DNA from: Paragordius varius
Taxonomy: Eukaryota > Animalia > Nematomorpha
NCBI GenBank assembly: GCA_964247055.1
Contig: OZ176051.1
Span: 7,502,001 to 7,566,000, forward strand
DNA: 64,000 nucleotides
Direction of reading: 5' to 3'
Positions 12,641 to 26,238 of the stretch are shown piece by piece (positions within the stretch are counted from its first letter, which is position 1; each line of letters opens with the position of its first letter). The notes beneath the pieces are model-generated. The model was given only the letters and a program-made list of their open reading frames with translations. It was not told the DNA's origin and did not search any database. A program made the position numbers and the translations under genes.

Positions 12641-15149
12641 ATGAAGTAATATCCTACGCTACACCTTTCAAGTAGTGGCTTTTTATACTATAATAATATT
12701 TTATATTTAAAAAAGTAAGGAAAATAATGATCAGCTATATCAAGAATCTTGATCCTTGCTCACATTAAAAAACTACTCTTTTATTTGCAGTTAATAGGTA
12801 TGATAAATAGGCACGACGGACCAAAATGTGTTGAATTTTTACATACTATAATATGATATCTATCTGTTGCTAATATAAATATGTGAGGACAAAACGGTCC
12901 CATTCCCCTATCCTAAATTATTATTCGAAAGATATCTGGAGACCTACGCATGACTTGTTACTAAAAACTAAATCATCTGTGCCGGCAACAAAACTTGAAT
13001 TTTATAAATATATATATTAAAGCATACCTTAGATTCTGCAAAATAAAGATTGGTATAATGACAGAAAAATAAAAAGTGAGCATGTTATAATCGAATAAAC
13101 AAACCCCTGATGGTCAATAATAATATAAATAATGTTGATAGCTGGAGTGATGACGGAATATTGGTTAAATTGAGAATCATAAATGTTCAATATAAGGTAA
13201 TATATGGGTATTATAAAATAAAAATAAACTATTTTTCGAACAATACAAAATTTATTTTATGATTTGAAATATTTTAATCATATCACGTACCTTTTTTATT
13301 TATTTATTTTACACTTCGTATGTATAACACTCACTTCTTGATTGAGAATTTATATATAGTAATTTGACCTTACAAAAGTGTACTATATAATAATATTTCA
13401 AAACATACAGGCAAGGGTAATACAGCTCAATCTAATTGATTATAATCTTATATAGTCTTATAAATTATAAATTTAGTATAATTACAATAAAAATCCCCTA
13501 TTTGTTTATTTAAAAATCGCATATCGAATTCGTTATAAAAAACGTGTCTAAATTTTCAGAAAGTGAATTTTAGGAACTAATTGTTAAACAAACAGAGGCT
13601 TATGATCTCAAAGTCAATCAAATGTAAATACGCTCATAAAATATTTTTTAAATAAGACGAAACAATAAAAATAAAATTTTATCTATGTTGTATGTAGAGT
13701 TTAAAATGTTTTATAATGCCATTCGTTAATAGGCTTTATAGCCAGTCTACAAATTTTCGTTACTATATCAATTATTTTTATCTCAACCTTTAATCTCAAT
13801 GTTTGTACTTTATATGTTGTGTAAAATATTACAATCAGGATTGGTTTTGTATAATAAATAATACCGGAACTGACTCGTTTAAAATGCAGTGGTTAGTCAA
13901 TTTAATCATAGAATTAGAAATTTACAACAATGACAATAGCACACCCCTTCTTACAATTGGCGAACCAATTGTCAGAGTACTGTTAGCTATATAAATATTG
14001 GGAAAAAACCTATTAAACCCTTTTCTACTGAAATTTTTATGATTACAAATTTTTGTATGCATATGTAATATTATCATGTTTTAATTTTTTTACTCTAATT
14101 AGTTTGTTTTAAATTTGATTATTGGATAAATAAGTAATTATTAAAAATACCGTACATAAGCTGCGCTTTGGAAAGGACATTTATAGTATGGTTTTTGGGT
14201 CAGAGGTTTGTTATTAAGTGGGTTGTTGATAAGAGATATTAGCTTTAATCAGATAAAATGTTAACAACAAAAAAACAATAATTTAACCAAGAAGACGATA
14301 ACCCATATAAAATTTATATGTATATATGGTTAAAATATTATTAAATAAATTAAGTATAGAAAGGGACTTATCTTTGATTTCCCGTAGAATAAGTATTGTT
14401 CCCCTAAACAACTGAAGTTTTATGGAAGACTAAACTTTTATTATAAAAGGATTCATTTCCGAGTTACCGTAAAACTTCATCAGGGTACTAAGCCTCTTTA
14501 GATTGAACTCTTAAATAGAGAGTTATCCATATTTCTAAAGTATAAATAAAAAAATGTATTTGTGACTCAAGGTGTGTTCTTCCCATATTTTAAAGGCGAC
14601 GATCTCGATTGAATCGCCCAATTTCCAAAGATGTACATTTTAATAAATTTCGATACTCAGCCGTACTCATTGTAACGGCGTATCACAATTAGAAATATTG
14701 AGCAACTAAATTGAAAAACGTAAGACATGACAATTAAAAAACAATCAATTTAAATTTTTTTAACTTTTTTTGCAAAAAAATAACTTTGAATATTTTTACA
14801 TATCGGTTGATAAACATATGTTTAAAAATCTTTGACTGGTTTTCGTAAACAGTCACGATCAAAGATGCCTTCCTCTAGCCTGCAGCTAGAGGGGGGAAGG
14901 GGGGCTGATACACCGGGCGCCATAGTTGAAGGGGCGCCGGATATAAAAAATTAATTTTATTTCAATAAAATAGGTTTCTAAAAGTTATTATTTTAGATAA
15001 TACATATAAAATTACAAATGCAATTGAGAAAATAGTTAAATATATTTATTACTTAACCCATTTAATATAACTAAGTGTTTCATGATGACACAATACCAAT
15101 GTTTTGATTGTTGTTGAATTGCATCACTTATGCTTAAACAGCACAATAA

Positions 15150-16421
15150 ATGAGCGAAAGAGATTCATTCATTGTACAAGATGCGGTTACCAAAGCAGCA
15201 CGGAATGATGAAGTCTCGTCTGGATTCTCAAAAGAAATCCGAGCCAAGCCTGAACATATATTTTCTTCGGCTAAACCAATCAGCCAAGGTCTCACTTTAA
15301 TAACCACAACCAAATTAGGGCCTAAGCCATGTATCCTTAGTTGTCCTTTATGCCGAACGCAAGTAATGTTGTTATATACACTTGTTTTTCTTAATGTTGA
15401 ATCAGTTATAAAAATGATTTATGAGTAGTGTTAAGACAAGACGATCGTTAAAACGCGATGTTTACGTCTTTTATCTAACCTAAATTAAATGTTATATATA
15501 TATGATAAACATTACTTTCGCTAATATTAATAATAACACATATAACCATAATATATGATGTTATTATTTAAAGATTAGTTTTATGTATTAAACACTTAGG
15601 TTAAGGTTTTTGGGGAATTAAAAAAATTAAACGATTCAAAAAAATGATTTATTTATTTTTAATTTTTTTTATACCATTGAACTTTGAAATTCTCTATTTT
15701 AATTATATCTTAAATACACATTTGTTATGTTTAAATATATTTCGTTAAATATGTAAAATTTAATCTAAAAAATTAGAGACCCTAAATAAAATAACTTAAT
15801 GTCTGGTTATTTCGCCAATTTTTGATATAATTTATAGGTAATTATATGCCTATTATGTATATTTATATGCCTATTTTGTGGATAATACAGTATGAGCAAA
15901 TAGACAACACTAGTTTTTTAATAAATATTACCAGACAACATAAACAACGACGAAAATAATTATTGGCGAATATTAATAAAAAAGGACAAAAAATTTAATC
16001 CAATAATACTGCCCTTTCATGTATAAGCTATGTGGCAATAATTGATGAAAAAATAGCAGAGTATGCTTAAGTATAATTTGTATTGCGTATTCACTTAGGG
16101 GCTAGGTATATATTTTTTTCTTTTACTATTCTTATAATACGACTTCGCATTTTTGGATTATGAAACACATAATTTCATATAGTAAAGTAAACCTAAAAAT
16201 TTGACACTGCTCTTTACAAAATATAGATTATAACAAATGTCCGGCCTGTTACTGGTCTATTTAATTGGATCTTATCGATACCACTTTGTATTTTGTGCCC
16301 GTTTATTGGTTGCACCAGTATATGTGGATTATTGCCTTTTTGTATTGCTGATTTTTATGATATTCAACATTTTTGCCCTTTATGTTTATCATATATAGGG
16401 ACTTATGTAAGGTGGAAATAA
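15150..16421 (+). CDS. LITAF: LITAF-domain protein (LITAF/CDIP1 family), exons 15150-15362 and 16227-16421, 135 aa
   Basis: Splicing GT at 15363 to AG at 16225-16226 gives ...CILSCPLCRTQ|IITNVRPVTGLFNWILSIPLCILCPFIGCTSICGLLPFCIADFYDIQHFCPLCLSYIGTYVRWK*. This is two CxxC knuckles (the second HxCxxC) flanking a hydrophobic stretch, the LITAF signature. Confidence 0.9.
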
Positions 16422-16458
16422 ATTTTACCAAACATATATTATATACATCAATTCCAAT

Positions 16459-17137
16459 TAGGGTTGTGCTGACCAATTCATGACCCAATCAATTGACCGG
16501 GTCATGACCAGGTCAGTGACTATTTATTTTTTGACCATGGTCATTTCAAAAAACAGCTGTTGTTTGAAAAATTGTTGTTAAATTTGGAAGAGAAATAGTA
16601 AGATTTTATAGGTTATATATTTTTTAAAATATATAAATTAAATATTTAAATATGCTTATTTAACAATATAAAATTGTTAAACATGCATCCTTATAACATG
16701 AGAATTTAAGCATATATAGATATTTCGAAAAACAATCAAGCACTATGCAAAATATGCAATTATTCCATATATGTGAACCAATAAACATTTTATAATTGGA
16801 TATTTTAGTGATAAAATAAAGTGAAAAAGTAGGTAAAATTTTATTTGAAATATCCAATTTTAAAAGCTATGTATTTGAGATTCAGAAGGCCACAAATATG
16901 GCTAAATTTATTTGAAAACTAAATTCTTGTAAAAATATGATCGAAAATATTTATAAATATTAAAAAATGTATAATACAAACTTTTAAGAAAAAAACATGA
17001 CATTAGTGAAACGCAAGTGTCGTTCGAACATTCACAATCCTATCGCATGATATTACTTAAATAAAAAGTGGTCATGACCATGGTCTGACTGGGTCTGACC
17101 GGACTGTTTTGAAAAAGCAGTCAAGTGCACAACCTTA
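16459..17137. mobile_element. hAT-superfamily MITE (679 bp)
   Basis: TIRs TAGGGTTGTGC / GCACAACCTTA; perfect 8-bp TSD attccaat at 16451-16458 and 17138-17145; subterminal tgacc repeats at both ends. Confidence 0.9.
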
Positions 17138-18243
17138 ATTCCAATCAAATTGAAAATAATTTAAATAGCATACAATATAACGAGCGTCTAAAACAAATGA
17201 AACAAATTAAATAAAAATTAATTTGTAAAAAAAACGCTGCATAAAAGGTCCGAATATAATAAAGCATAAAAAATGCATTTATGATAATAGTTATAATTTA
17301 AAGAATGTCATTGACAGAATAAGGTGGTGGCCGAAAAATAGTAACAGGGCTGGTGATAATAAGGATTACTCGAAATTCTTTTAATAATTTTAAAATATAA
17401 TGATTTTACGCCTTATATGAATTTTGGGCAGATGATAGTTATGACACTATTTTTACATAAGGTAATTCGAACTCAGAAGTTAACTCCGGGCTGGGTAATA
17501 ATGGCATATTTATAGGGGAAAACGACCATTTTGATAAAACCTTAATTTTTGGGCAGTTGTTTCTATTCAAATGTGGACTTAAGGTTGCGCTAAAACAGAC
17601 TATTTAACAAAATATTTGACTTAAATAGCATCATTTAGAAACGAAATATATAGTCTTGTCGTGTTTAGCTATAATGGTTCAATTTTTCGTAAAAATGCCT
17701 TAAGGATGCGATTTTTATATTTTTATAAGAATAAGGGTTTTTGAAGATGAACCCAGAGACTACTTTCAAAATAAAATATCAATTGTAAATGGAGCTAACT
17801 GACTAATTTAGATGTTATACACACTTTGACACCTTACATTAATATCTTTTAAAATTAACGCGTCTTCCTGATCTTGACTCTGAAAGATACTAATTTAAAC
17901 TTTCTTATTCGCAAGCATATTTAATATAACCATTATCAATGCATTCTCGAGAAAAATCCTTAAAAGCCCACATATTAGAAAACTTTTTGTGCATTCTGAA
18001 ATAATTATAGTTAATAAAGAGCCAAACTATATCTTTTTATTAGAGTTAGTATCAAACAATAAATATAAATTATGTTGAAAACTCTTATGCTAACCTTTTT
18101 ATTGAAATTTTTTGGTTATTATATACGAGTTAATACAAACTATTGTGATAAGAGTAATATAGATCAATTTATTTATTAAATATTAGGTATGTTGTGTATT
18201 TAGCAGGCAACAACGAAAAATTGTTTATGTATTAATGAATTTA

Positions 18244-18702
18244 TCATGTCATTATACGTTTGACAAAATCGGCATATTTAATTTGTCCATCCTGATTGGC
18301 ATCTGCCAATTTGATCATCTCTTCAACCTGTTCTTCACTCAATTTTTCACCCAAATTTGTCATGATATGTCTCATTTCGGCCACGCTTATAAAACCCAAA
18401 CCATCTTTATCAAACAGTTTGAAGGATTCAACCATTTCTTCTTCCGTAAAACTTCGGGACGTGGCATGTGTTTCCACAATTTTTAAGAAATTTTCAAACG
18501 TAATTAGGCCAGTGTTGGTGGCATCATATTGTTTGAGATAATTTTCTAAATCGGCCTCTGTTGGGGCCTGTCCCATACACCTCATAACTATTCCCAATTC
18601 TTTGGTCAATATTTTTCCATCAGCATCCTTATCGTACAAAGTAAAGGCTTCTTTAAATTGGCTAACTTTGTCAGGCGTAAGCGTATGCACATTATCTCCC
18701 AT
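18244..18702 (-). CDS. Calmodulin-like four-EF-hand protein, divergent and intronless (152 aa)
   Basis: CaM-like scaffold ([22 protein letters not shown]; [34 protein letters not shown]). EF loops 2-4 deviate from the canonical pattern, so I do not call it true CALM. Confidence 0.9.
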   Translation of the reverse strand: MGDNVHTLTPDKVSQFKEAFTLYDKDADGKILTKELGIVMRCMGQAPTEADLENYLKQYDATNTGLITFENFLKIVETHATSRSFTEEEMVESFKLFDKDGLGFISVAEMRHIMTNLGEKLSEEQVEEMIKLADANQDGQIKYADFVKRIMT

Positions 18703-20089
18703 ATAAATTGTTGAATTATATAATATATATTATTCTAGAAACGATTTAAATTAAAATATCATCATGAAAAAATATATATCAAATTAAATAAATGTTATTA
18801 GTAACAAAAAGTATATTATATGTGGCACCGTGCGCATTAGGTTTAGAAAATGTATAAACCAGCATAATTTTAAAAGAATGGGCAAATGGCACTATAATGT
18901 ATACAACTGGTTAATCCTATTACATTGTAAAAAAATGAAGGGATATGCAAATCTTTGTAGCCGATAAATTTGTCCAAAGTAGTTTTGGCATTCAAGAATT
19001 TTATTGATTTTCTGGTCCCAGCCATATAAATTCATTAATATATAATGGTCTCTTCAATTCATTTTTTAAGCAATTCTATATTTTTTTAGTATTATGTAAT
19101 TTCATTTGTTTTATCCGTGAATACCGTTTGGGCTGGTTAGATCCACAGAGCCCAAGACACGAACTGGATAAAGCTAATACAATCATCATTATTATCATCA
19201 TCAGGTCGTTGTTTTTCCAGGATTAGCCAGTTTCCATATTTTTGAGCGAAATAACTTTCGATCGAGACAACTAAAATAAAAACAAAAAAGGCAGACCTAG
19301 TAAGACCTGACAATCCTTTCAAGAAGATTTATAGACCTTCTCAATATAAATATCGACCAAACAATAGAGACAGAAAGAAATGGGAAACTATAACAGGCTT
19401 ACCTCCTTTAGAAAGAAAAAATAACGTATAAAGGTGAAATTATGTATTTTATTTGTTTGTGTAGCTGTAGATTATCGTCATGAGCCATATTATCCCTCTA
19501 AAGCCATACTGTTGATTACTTGATATCGTCTGAATAAATTACCCACTCGTAAAAGTGGATAATATTTGGCAGGGTTTAATTATTTTAAATATGTCCGGTG
19601 ATTAATTTATTTATAGGAAGTTAAATAACGATACTGCAAAATAATATAACTTAACGGCTAATGCTTTAAATCTGTCATCCCACTAATAAATGAAAAACAT
19701 TGTGTGCGTACATTCGAATATATAAATTAAACCCAACAGATTTTTTGCCGGTTGTGATTTAATTACAGGTATACTATTCAGCTAGACAAACATTAATAAT
19801 TTTTTAAAGAAAATTTTTGGTTTAACCACTTTTATCAATAGTACATCGAAAGCATTATAAACAAAATATTTTGCAATTTATAATCTCGTGAAATATTAAG
19901 TAGTGTTCCAAATATTTTATATATGTTTAAAATCGAAAAGTTGTGAATATTAAGTAAAAATTTCACTTTTAATTTACAACTGTTTTATATAAGCATAGAA
20001 TTTATTATATACAATAATACGTAATATTTTATCTTTGTTTATATAAAAATAAATAAAATTAATATTTATCATCATATGTATAGGAAATT

Positions 20090-20311
20090 TTATCGCCCAT
20101 ATTTTTCAGCTTCCAATAAACATTCGCGTACCAATATCCTTGAATGGACTATTCCTCTCTTTAATCTTTCAGCTGCCACCTTACTACCAGCATAAGTTGG
20201 CCTTATATCTCGTCCCATATCTTCAATTATTGCTAAAAGTTGCAAATATTTAGATGTGTGAGTCGCATTTGCAGCTTGACCGTTTTGATTTGATTGCTTA
20301 TTATTTTCCAT
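20090..20311 (-). CDS. CDK2AP1: CDK2-associated protein 1/2 (DOC-1 family, NuRD component), 73 aa
   Basis: [46 protein letters not shown] matches the CDK2AP family motif ([17 protein letters not shown].....ERLKRGI.HAR.LVRECL). Confidence 0.92.
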   Translation of the reverse strand: MENNKQSNQNGQAANATHTSKYLQLLAIIEDMGRDIRPTYAGSKVAAERLKRGIVHSRILVRECLLEAEKYGR

Positions 20312-20814
20312 AAAGATTTCAATTCATGCATAAACCATGTGTAAATATCCTAAATAATAAAAAATCGTTAAAATATCATGAATTCAACAAAAGTGCATTG
20401 GATTATATCATATAATGATATATCAACTATTCCAACTATTTAAAAGTAGAAATAATGAGACCTAAAAAACATTATTAATAAGCTTTGGTGATGTTTTTTT
20501 AATTTGATAAACAAATTTAAAATTGATAAAATCACACATGATCTTTAGTGGCCCTTACAAAATTATTATAAAATAACAATTCCAGCCTGTAAATGAATCA
20601 AAATAAATTTATATCTAACAAATATTTATCAGATTTCCCATGTGTATTTTGGAAATATTAGTCATTTGGAAATAATTTTTGTAGGTTAATCGATCCATGA
20701 AAAACACAATTAACGCACAATTGAAAAAATATTTTTTTAAAAAGGAACCTGTCAGATATTTTGTAATAAAAAATGAAAAATATTTTTCGTCAAATCGAAG
20801 TAACTTATAATTTT

Positions 20815-21600
20815 ACACCTCATGACATTTCCACTTTTTTCCCGCAAATATTGGGGTAGTTTTATACCCCCCACTTGTAAATAAAACTGATTATTATAGT
20901 TAAAATTTATCTTCAAATATAGTAATGTATTATATAAAAAGCTATATGTTTTGTAACTTTTAATTTAATATCTAGAAGGCTCCAAAACACAATTAAATTA
21001 GACAGCTGATTTTAATAAATATCAAGATTTTGCTGGTAAAATGCAACTTCGAAGATAAACTAAAGTTCATTATTTACATTTTATAAAAACGATATAAATT
21101 TTTTTGCCGATTGTAGATAGCAATTTGGTTTGAAGCAAAAATTGGCGAAAGATAAGAATTATTTAAAAATTTTACATTTTTAAAAATTGTATTGTGCGCC
21201 TTAAAGGTTAAAGGAAGCATAATACCTTAGTTAATTTTTGATATATTTAAATTTTAAATCGATATGTGATGAACTCTAAAAGTCATGAAGTGGTGTTAAT
21301 ATATGCTTTAAATCATTACCTTTTTATATTCTTTTACATAATATATTTTAGCACAGAGCTTTAACTTATGAGCAACATGTTTGAAAATTCTATTGGTTTT
21401 TATTTAATTGCCACTTCATGATTTCGGTGAAGTGTAATACCCCAAGGCCATTTAATATTTAAATATCTAAAAAATATTTCCAGCATTGAGCCAAATTTAA
21501 AATATGCTTTTAGCCTTTTGGGCGCGCGAAACCTTTTTTAAAAATAAACTATAATTATAAAAATCCTCATTTCAAACTTTTCCCAAGGACCAACTTGAAA
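20815..21600. mobile_element. Family F3 repeat(s), probably nested or compound
   Basis: acacctcatgacatttccac...aaaagtcatgaagtggtgtta TIR-like pair (20815-21298), followed by a further partial copy ending cctcatttcaaactttt. Confidence 0.6.
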
Positions 21601-24159
21601 CGTTCAAGAACTAACTTGAAGTGCAAATGGTATATGTTGATCACAGGGACACATTTCTAATCCCTGGGTCAACCTGATAAAATGAGTATTAGCAAAAATA
21701 TAAGGCAGCTTCAAAATGAAAGATCGCAAATCGTTTTCGGCGAAAGTGCCGATCATAAATTTTATCCGAATTCTCAAGAAAATTACTAAAGCTCTTTTGT
21801 ATTTATTAATCCTTATTGATAGAAAATAGTGAGTAAACAATAGAAAAATAACCACTAACTTTATCATATTTTGGCAACACATATCTTTTTAAATTATTAT
21901 TATTAAAATTGAACAACAACTATTAAACAAAAAATTTTAATTTGATTTGTATCGCCTCTAGCTTATTCAAATATTTCTTATTGGAAAAAATGTATTTAGA
22001 TAAAAATGCCAGTGTCATTAGTGTAAATCATATAATAACATCCGATTTTATGTTTATTATTGAGTTATAAATTTATTATTAAAAACGTCATGATAATTAC
22101 TTTATTTGTATGTTACAACATAAACCATTGGAATAGTTTTCTACGCAGGAGTGTTTATAAAATAAACAAGTATTAAAAAATTGGATTAAAGTAAAAAATG
22201 GGCATTTTTTAAGCGCATTTATATCAAAAAAATATTTTCTGATAACATTGTAAAATAATTTTTGCCTCAAAGTCATATATGTTGGTGGTAATTCGCTAAA
22301 AAATTGGCAAAATATATTATGGTTTAAAATTTAAAATGATATTAATTTTATTATAACAAGAAACTTCCAACCAGCTGTTTACTCCCATTTAAATTGAGTG
22401 CTATTTATTTGGGTAGAATTTAAAAGATTTTAAAAGATAAAAGCTATTTTTTAAATAAATTTTTTCTTATTAAGAAACAAACACCCCAAAATATACTTTA
22501 TAAAATTAAAATGTGATAAAATGATCAATTGTTAACCACTGCTGGTACAATACTCTATAACAGAAACGATAAAGTTATTCGATTGTATTAAAATATCGGA
22601 GTCCTTACTCTTCTAATGAAATAAAATACAAAATTTTCCTCAATTACAAACAGTATTTCTAATTAAACCATAGCCTATTTGCACACTATTTCATCTGCTG
22701 TATAAAGGATTGTGATAATATATTTTTGCCAATTAGCTAAAAAATCTTCGTTTCCACGAAATCTCAAAGAGATGTGATTAAGTACCTTTGATATTGGAAT
22801 GAATGATTTTTTTAATATAAACAAGTAATTGTTAGCGTTTATTTGGTCTGTAAATAATAATTTTTTTGGAGCAATCTTCTTAATATTATTTTAAATATAT
22901 TTTATGTTGATTATTTGAGAGTCGATAGTGCATCAAGCGAAATTTTTATTTTGGAATTAAAAAAATAATTGTTATGAGATACTTTTTGTATTTGAAATGG
23001 AGAAGCTGCTTGCTTCCAATACTCTTGGCGTCCCACACATGTCATAATAAACATCGCTTAAATAGTTGATTATTAATAAAAGTAATGTAAATGAAAATTT
23101 ATTATGGCAGATGTTATAAAGTGTTTGCTTTGCAATCGTATTGAATCTAATTAATTGTTTTAATATTGAAAACTTGACATGATAGCGGATCTTATTTTCC
23201 CATATTACCGGCACAGTAAGCTAAGTCAAATGGTACATTAATGTTATGTATTGACTAATCTTTAAAGGTAGATATAAAAAATTAGTTGTACTGCATTTGC
23301 AATTATTCCTAAATAATTTTAATGAAGATAACTCGATTGATACCCACACTCTTGAACGAATCTGAAAAAAGTCAAATTGAAAAGTCAATTAATATAAAAT
23401 CGTGATGAGTTAACAGTATTAATTAAATATTATAGTAGGTTAAACTTTGTATTTGTATTTAATATCAAAATTAGTTCGGATATTCTTAACGACCCCAATT
23501 TCCCGGTATCAGATGCAAAATTGATGGTTTGATAATTAAGAACACATGGTAGCTGTTTATTTAATAAGGTAATATTCGGGGTGAGCACTGAAATTATATT
23601 AAATACCATTGAATGCCTAATTATCAAGATTATTCAATTTATACCGATACTTTGGACCGCCCCGATTTCTCGGTATAAGGAGCGAAATTAATGGTGGATT
23701 ATAATGTGTTTGCTGTTTCTTAAAGGCGGTAGTATGAATTATTAGTAGGATCTCTGTTATTGTATGAATATCCTAAACTGTTGTGTTATTGAAGATATAT
23801 ATCCAACCATTTAATTTCATCCTTGAGATCGAGAAATTAGGGCGGTCAAGAGTATCGGTATAAAGTCGAGTTTCTTGATAACTAAACATCATAAAAATAT
23901 AGAGCAAAGCCTTGAAAGATACAGATAACGTGTTTTATTCATACATAATCAACCATTCAATTTTGCTTTTTAGACCAAGTATATTAGGCGGTCAAGAGAG
24001 TATCGGTGTCAAGTCGTCTTATAAATTATTATGTTAACTATATGGGTTTTTATTATGAATAAATTATAACTTATAAAACATATTTGTGAATTTTAAAAAT
24101 ATGTATAGCATTAATTAAATAATTATTAATTAAAATATATCTTAACAATTATAAATATT

Positions 24160-24354
24160 ACTGTGTTGCGTCATGGTATTGGGTAGGCAGCCTCTTGGGC
24201 ATGCGGTGTGTCATAGTTTGGATTCCCAAAATGAGCAATTTTCTCATATACACTGTCAGTCATAAGTAAGGTACTTACCCTTTAGTAAAAGAAAGACAAA
24301 AGAGATATTATATGTATTTAATATAATTTTGAATCCAGCATGGCTCAAACTTAA
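24160..24354 (+). mobile_element. tRNA-derived SINE-like segment, copy 1 (other copies about 25627-25850, 26978-27210 and 30578-30800)
   Basis: GC-richer ~200-bp block. Copies 2 and 3 carry an A-box-like TGGCGTCATGG; copy 3 carries a B-box-like GGTTTGGACTCC about 45 nt downstream (partly deleted in copy 2). The boxes are degenerate and I could not fold an intact cloverleaf. Confidence 0.4.
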
Positions 24355-24760
24355 TCTATATATTTATAAAAATGGAAAATGCTGGCTTTGTGATCTATTT
24401 CCGGAAAACTGGACCCATTCAAATCCAAATATCGAAATAATATAATCATGAATCGATGCCCCGACAATAGCTTCGCCCTTTTTTGAAATAAGCCCCTAGT
24501 TCTGGCCCCCGTGTAAAAAACGGTTTTTTTTTGAAAACAGAAGTCCACAAAAATCGTGTCTTTGAGACAATTTTCTGGAGAACGTGTTGGATCATTCAAT
24601 TTGAAATATGATTTTTGCTTACTTATTTTCGATTGCGCCGAACATAGTCGTCTCGCTTTTTTAATTTAGGCCCTCTTTTTACCCGCTCCCCCCGTAAAAT
24701 GCCATTTTTTTCAAAATACAAAGTCCCCAAAAATAATTTTTGATTCTATTTTACGCCCAG
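24355..24760 (+). mobile_element. Non-autonomous Helitron, 5' fragment
   Basis: Starts A|TCTATATATTTATAAAAATGG and is collinear with 27211-27560 and 28274-28630, then is cut off by the next array unit. Confidence 0.75.
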
Positions 24761-26218
24761 TTGTTTAGTTATTGAAAGAAACTTGACTTGATACTGATAC
24801 TCTTGACCACCTAAATTTTCCCTATAAGTAACGAAATTAAATGGTTGATTATAGTTAAATTAATGTGATAGCAGCTGTATCTTTGATTAGGTGATATTAC
24901 TAGGTGCACTGAAAGTGGATGAATATGTGTAGCGATTAAAACATTTAATATTTAAATCTTGATCTCCCCAATATCCCTGATAAAAAGCCAAAAATAGTTG
25001 ACTATGGAAAAATTAATGCTGTAAAATAAGGGGTGAGCACTTAAATTGTTGTGTGTGATTAAATGTTCAATTATCAAGCTGATTCAATTTGATACCAATA
25101 ATCTCGATCGCTCCAATTTCTCGTTATAAAGAACAAAATTCATTGATTGATTATGGATTTTATGTGTTTGCTGTTTCTTCAAGGTGGTAGTATCAATTAG
25201 TAGTAGGATTTCTGTTATTGTATGATATCATAAACTGTTGTGTTATTGAACATATATATATTCAACCATTCAATTTTATCCTTAAGACTGAGAAATTGGG
25301 GCGGTCAAGAGTATCGGTATAAAGTCGAGTTTCTTGATAACTAAACATCATAAAAATATAGAGAGCAAATTCTACTGATTTTAACAGCCCTTATAAAGAT
25401 ACACATTTTATTCATTTAAATCAACCATTCAATTTTGGTTTTTATACGGAGTATATAAGGCGGTCAAAAGTATCGATATCAAGTCGTGTTATAAATTATT
25501 ATGTGTTAGCTGTTTCGTGTTATGAATAAATTATAATCTATAAAATATATTTGTGAATTTAAGATATTTATAGCATTATAATTAACTAATTATTTATTAA
25601 AATATATTTTGACAATTATAAATATTACCGTGTGGCGTCATGGTATTTGGTAGGCAGCCTCTTAGGCATGCGGTGTGTCAGGGACTCCCAAAATGATCAA
25701 TTTTCCCATCTACACTGTTAGTCTTAAGTCTTGATTCAAGAAGGTATTAATCTCTAATAAAAATAGAAAAAAAGACCATAAGCTGTATTTATTATAATTA
25801 CTGTATAAGAATATTATTAAATAATTGAATTTAGCATGACCCAAACTTAATATTTAAACGTCAAATCAATTTTTTGACATATGTATTGCTAGGAAATAAC
25901 CACAGAAAAATTTTATCTAAAAAATAAATGAAGAAAATGATTTTGTTAAAAATTCTGTTACAATTACAAGCAAAAATTATTTCATTGTTGCCGATGCACC
26001 CTTAATTTTTTGTATATAGATTTTCTTTTAGAAAAGAGGTTTTACAAACAAATATACAAATCTAGCAAAATAACTATTAAAATTTTTAATAATTTGGTAA
26101 TAAATACTTAAAAGTAACTACGCTTTTGATAAAAGATATAGGAAGGAAAATACACTGTAAAATAAATAAAAATATAGGAAAACTTTCTCTTTAATTACAA
26201 AATCAAAATTATTTTATA

Positions 26219-26238
26219 CTAGCATAAATCTCGTGCTG
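26219..26238 (-). mobile_element. Helitron 3'-end remnant (20 bp, inverted)
   Basis: Reverse complement CAGCACGAGATTTATGCTAG matches the Helitron terminus at 29231-29250 at 19 of 20 positions and is followed by T. Confidence 0.65.

Noticed and set aside
2771-13994. Short ORFs in the first 14 kb (2771, 6667, 8122, 8302, 10785, 13803) and coding-like patches near 960-1260 and 12780-13000
   Set aside because: They have low-complexity AT-driven composition or overlap MITEs, show no recognisable motif, and give no consistent splice model.
14390-14700. Exon-like segment upstream of LITAF on the minus strand
   Set aside because: Every frame and splice combination I tried hit stops and no family motif emerged.
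18235-18541. Plus-strand ORFs 18235-18486 and 18296-18541 (also 36053-36528, 44309-44747, 47907-48110, 50254-50640, 51497-51994, 55317-56393, 58201-58428, 59436-59745 and 62567-62788)
   Set aside because: They are antisense shadows of real CDS or LINE ORFs.
24265-24300. Minus-strand ttttactaaAG-G-GTAAGT read as a 1-nt exon or ratchet site in the repeated block
   Set aside because: It is not inside any identifiable gene and is better explained as part of the SINE-like tail.
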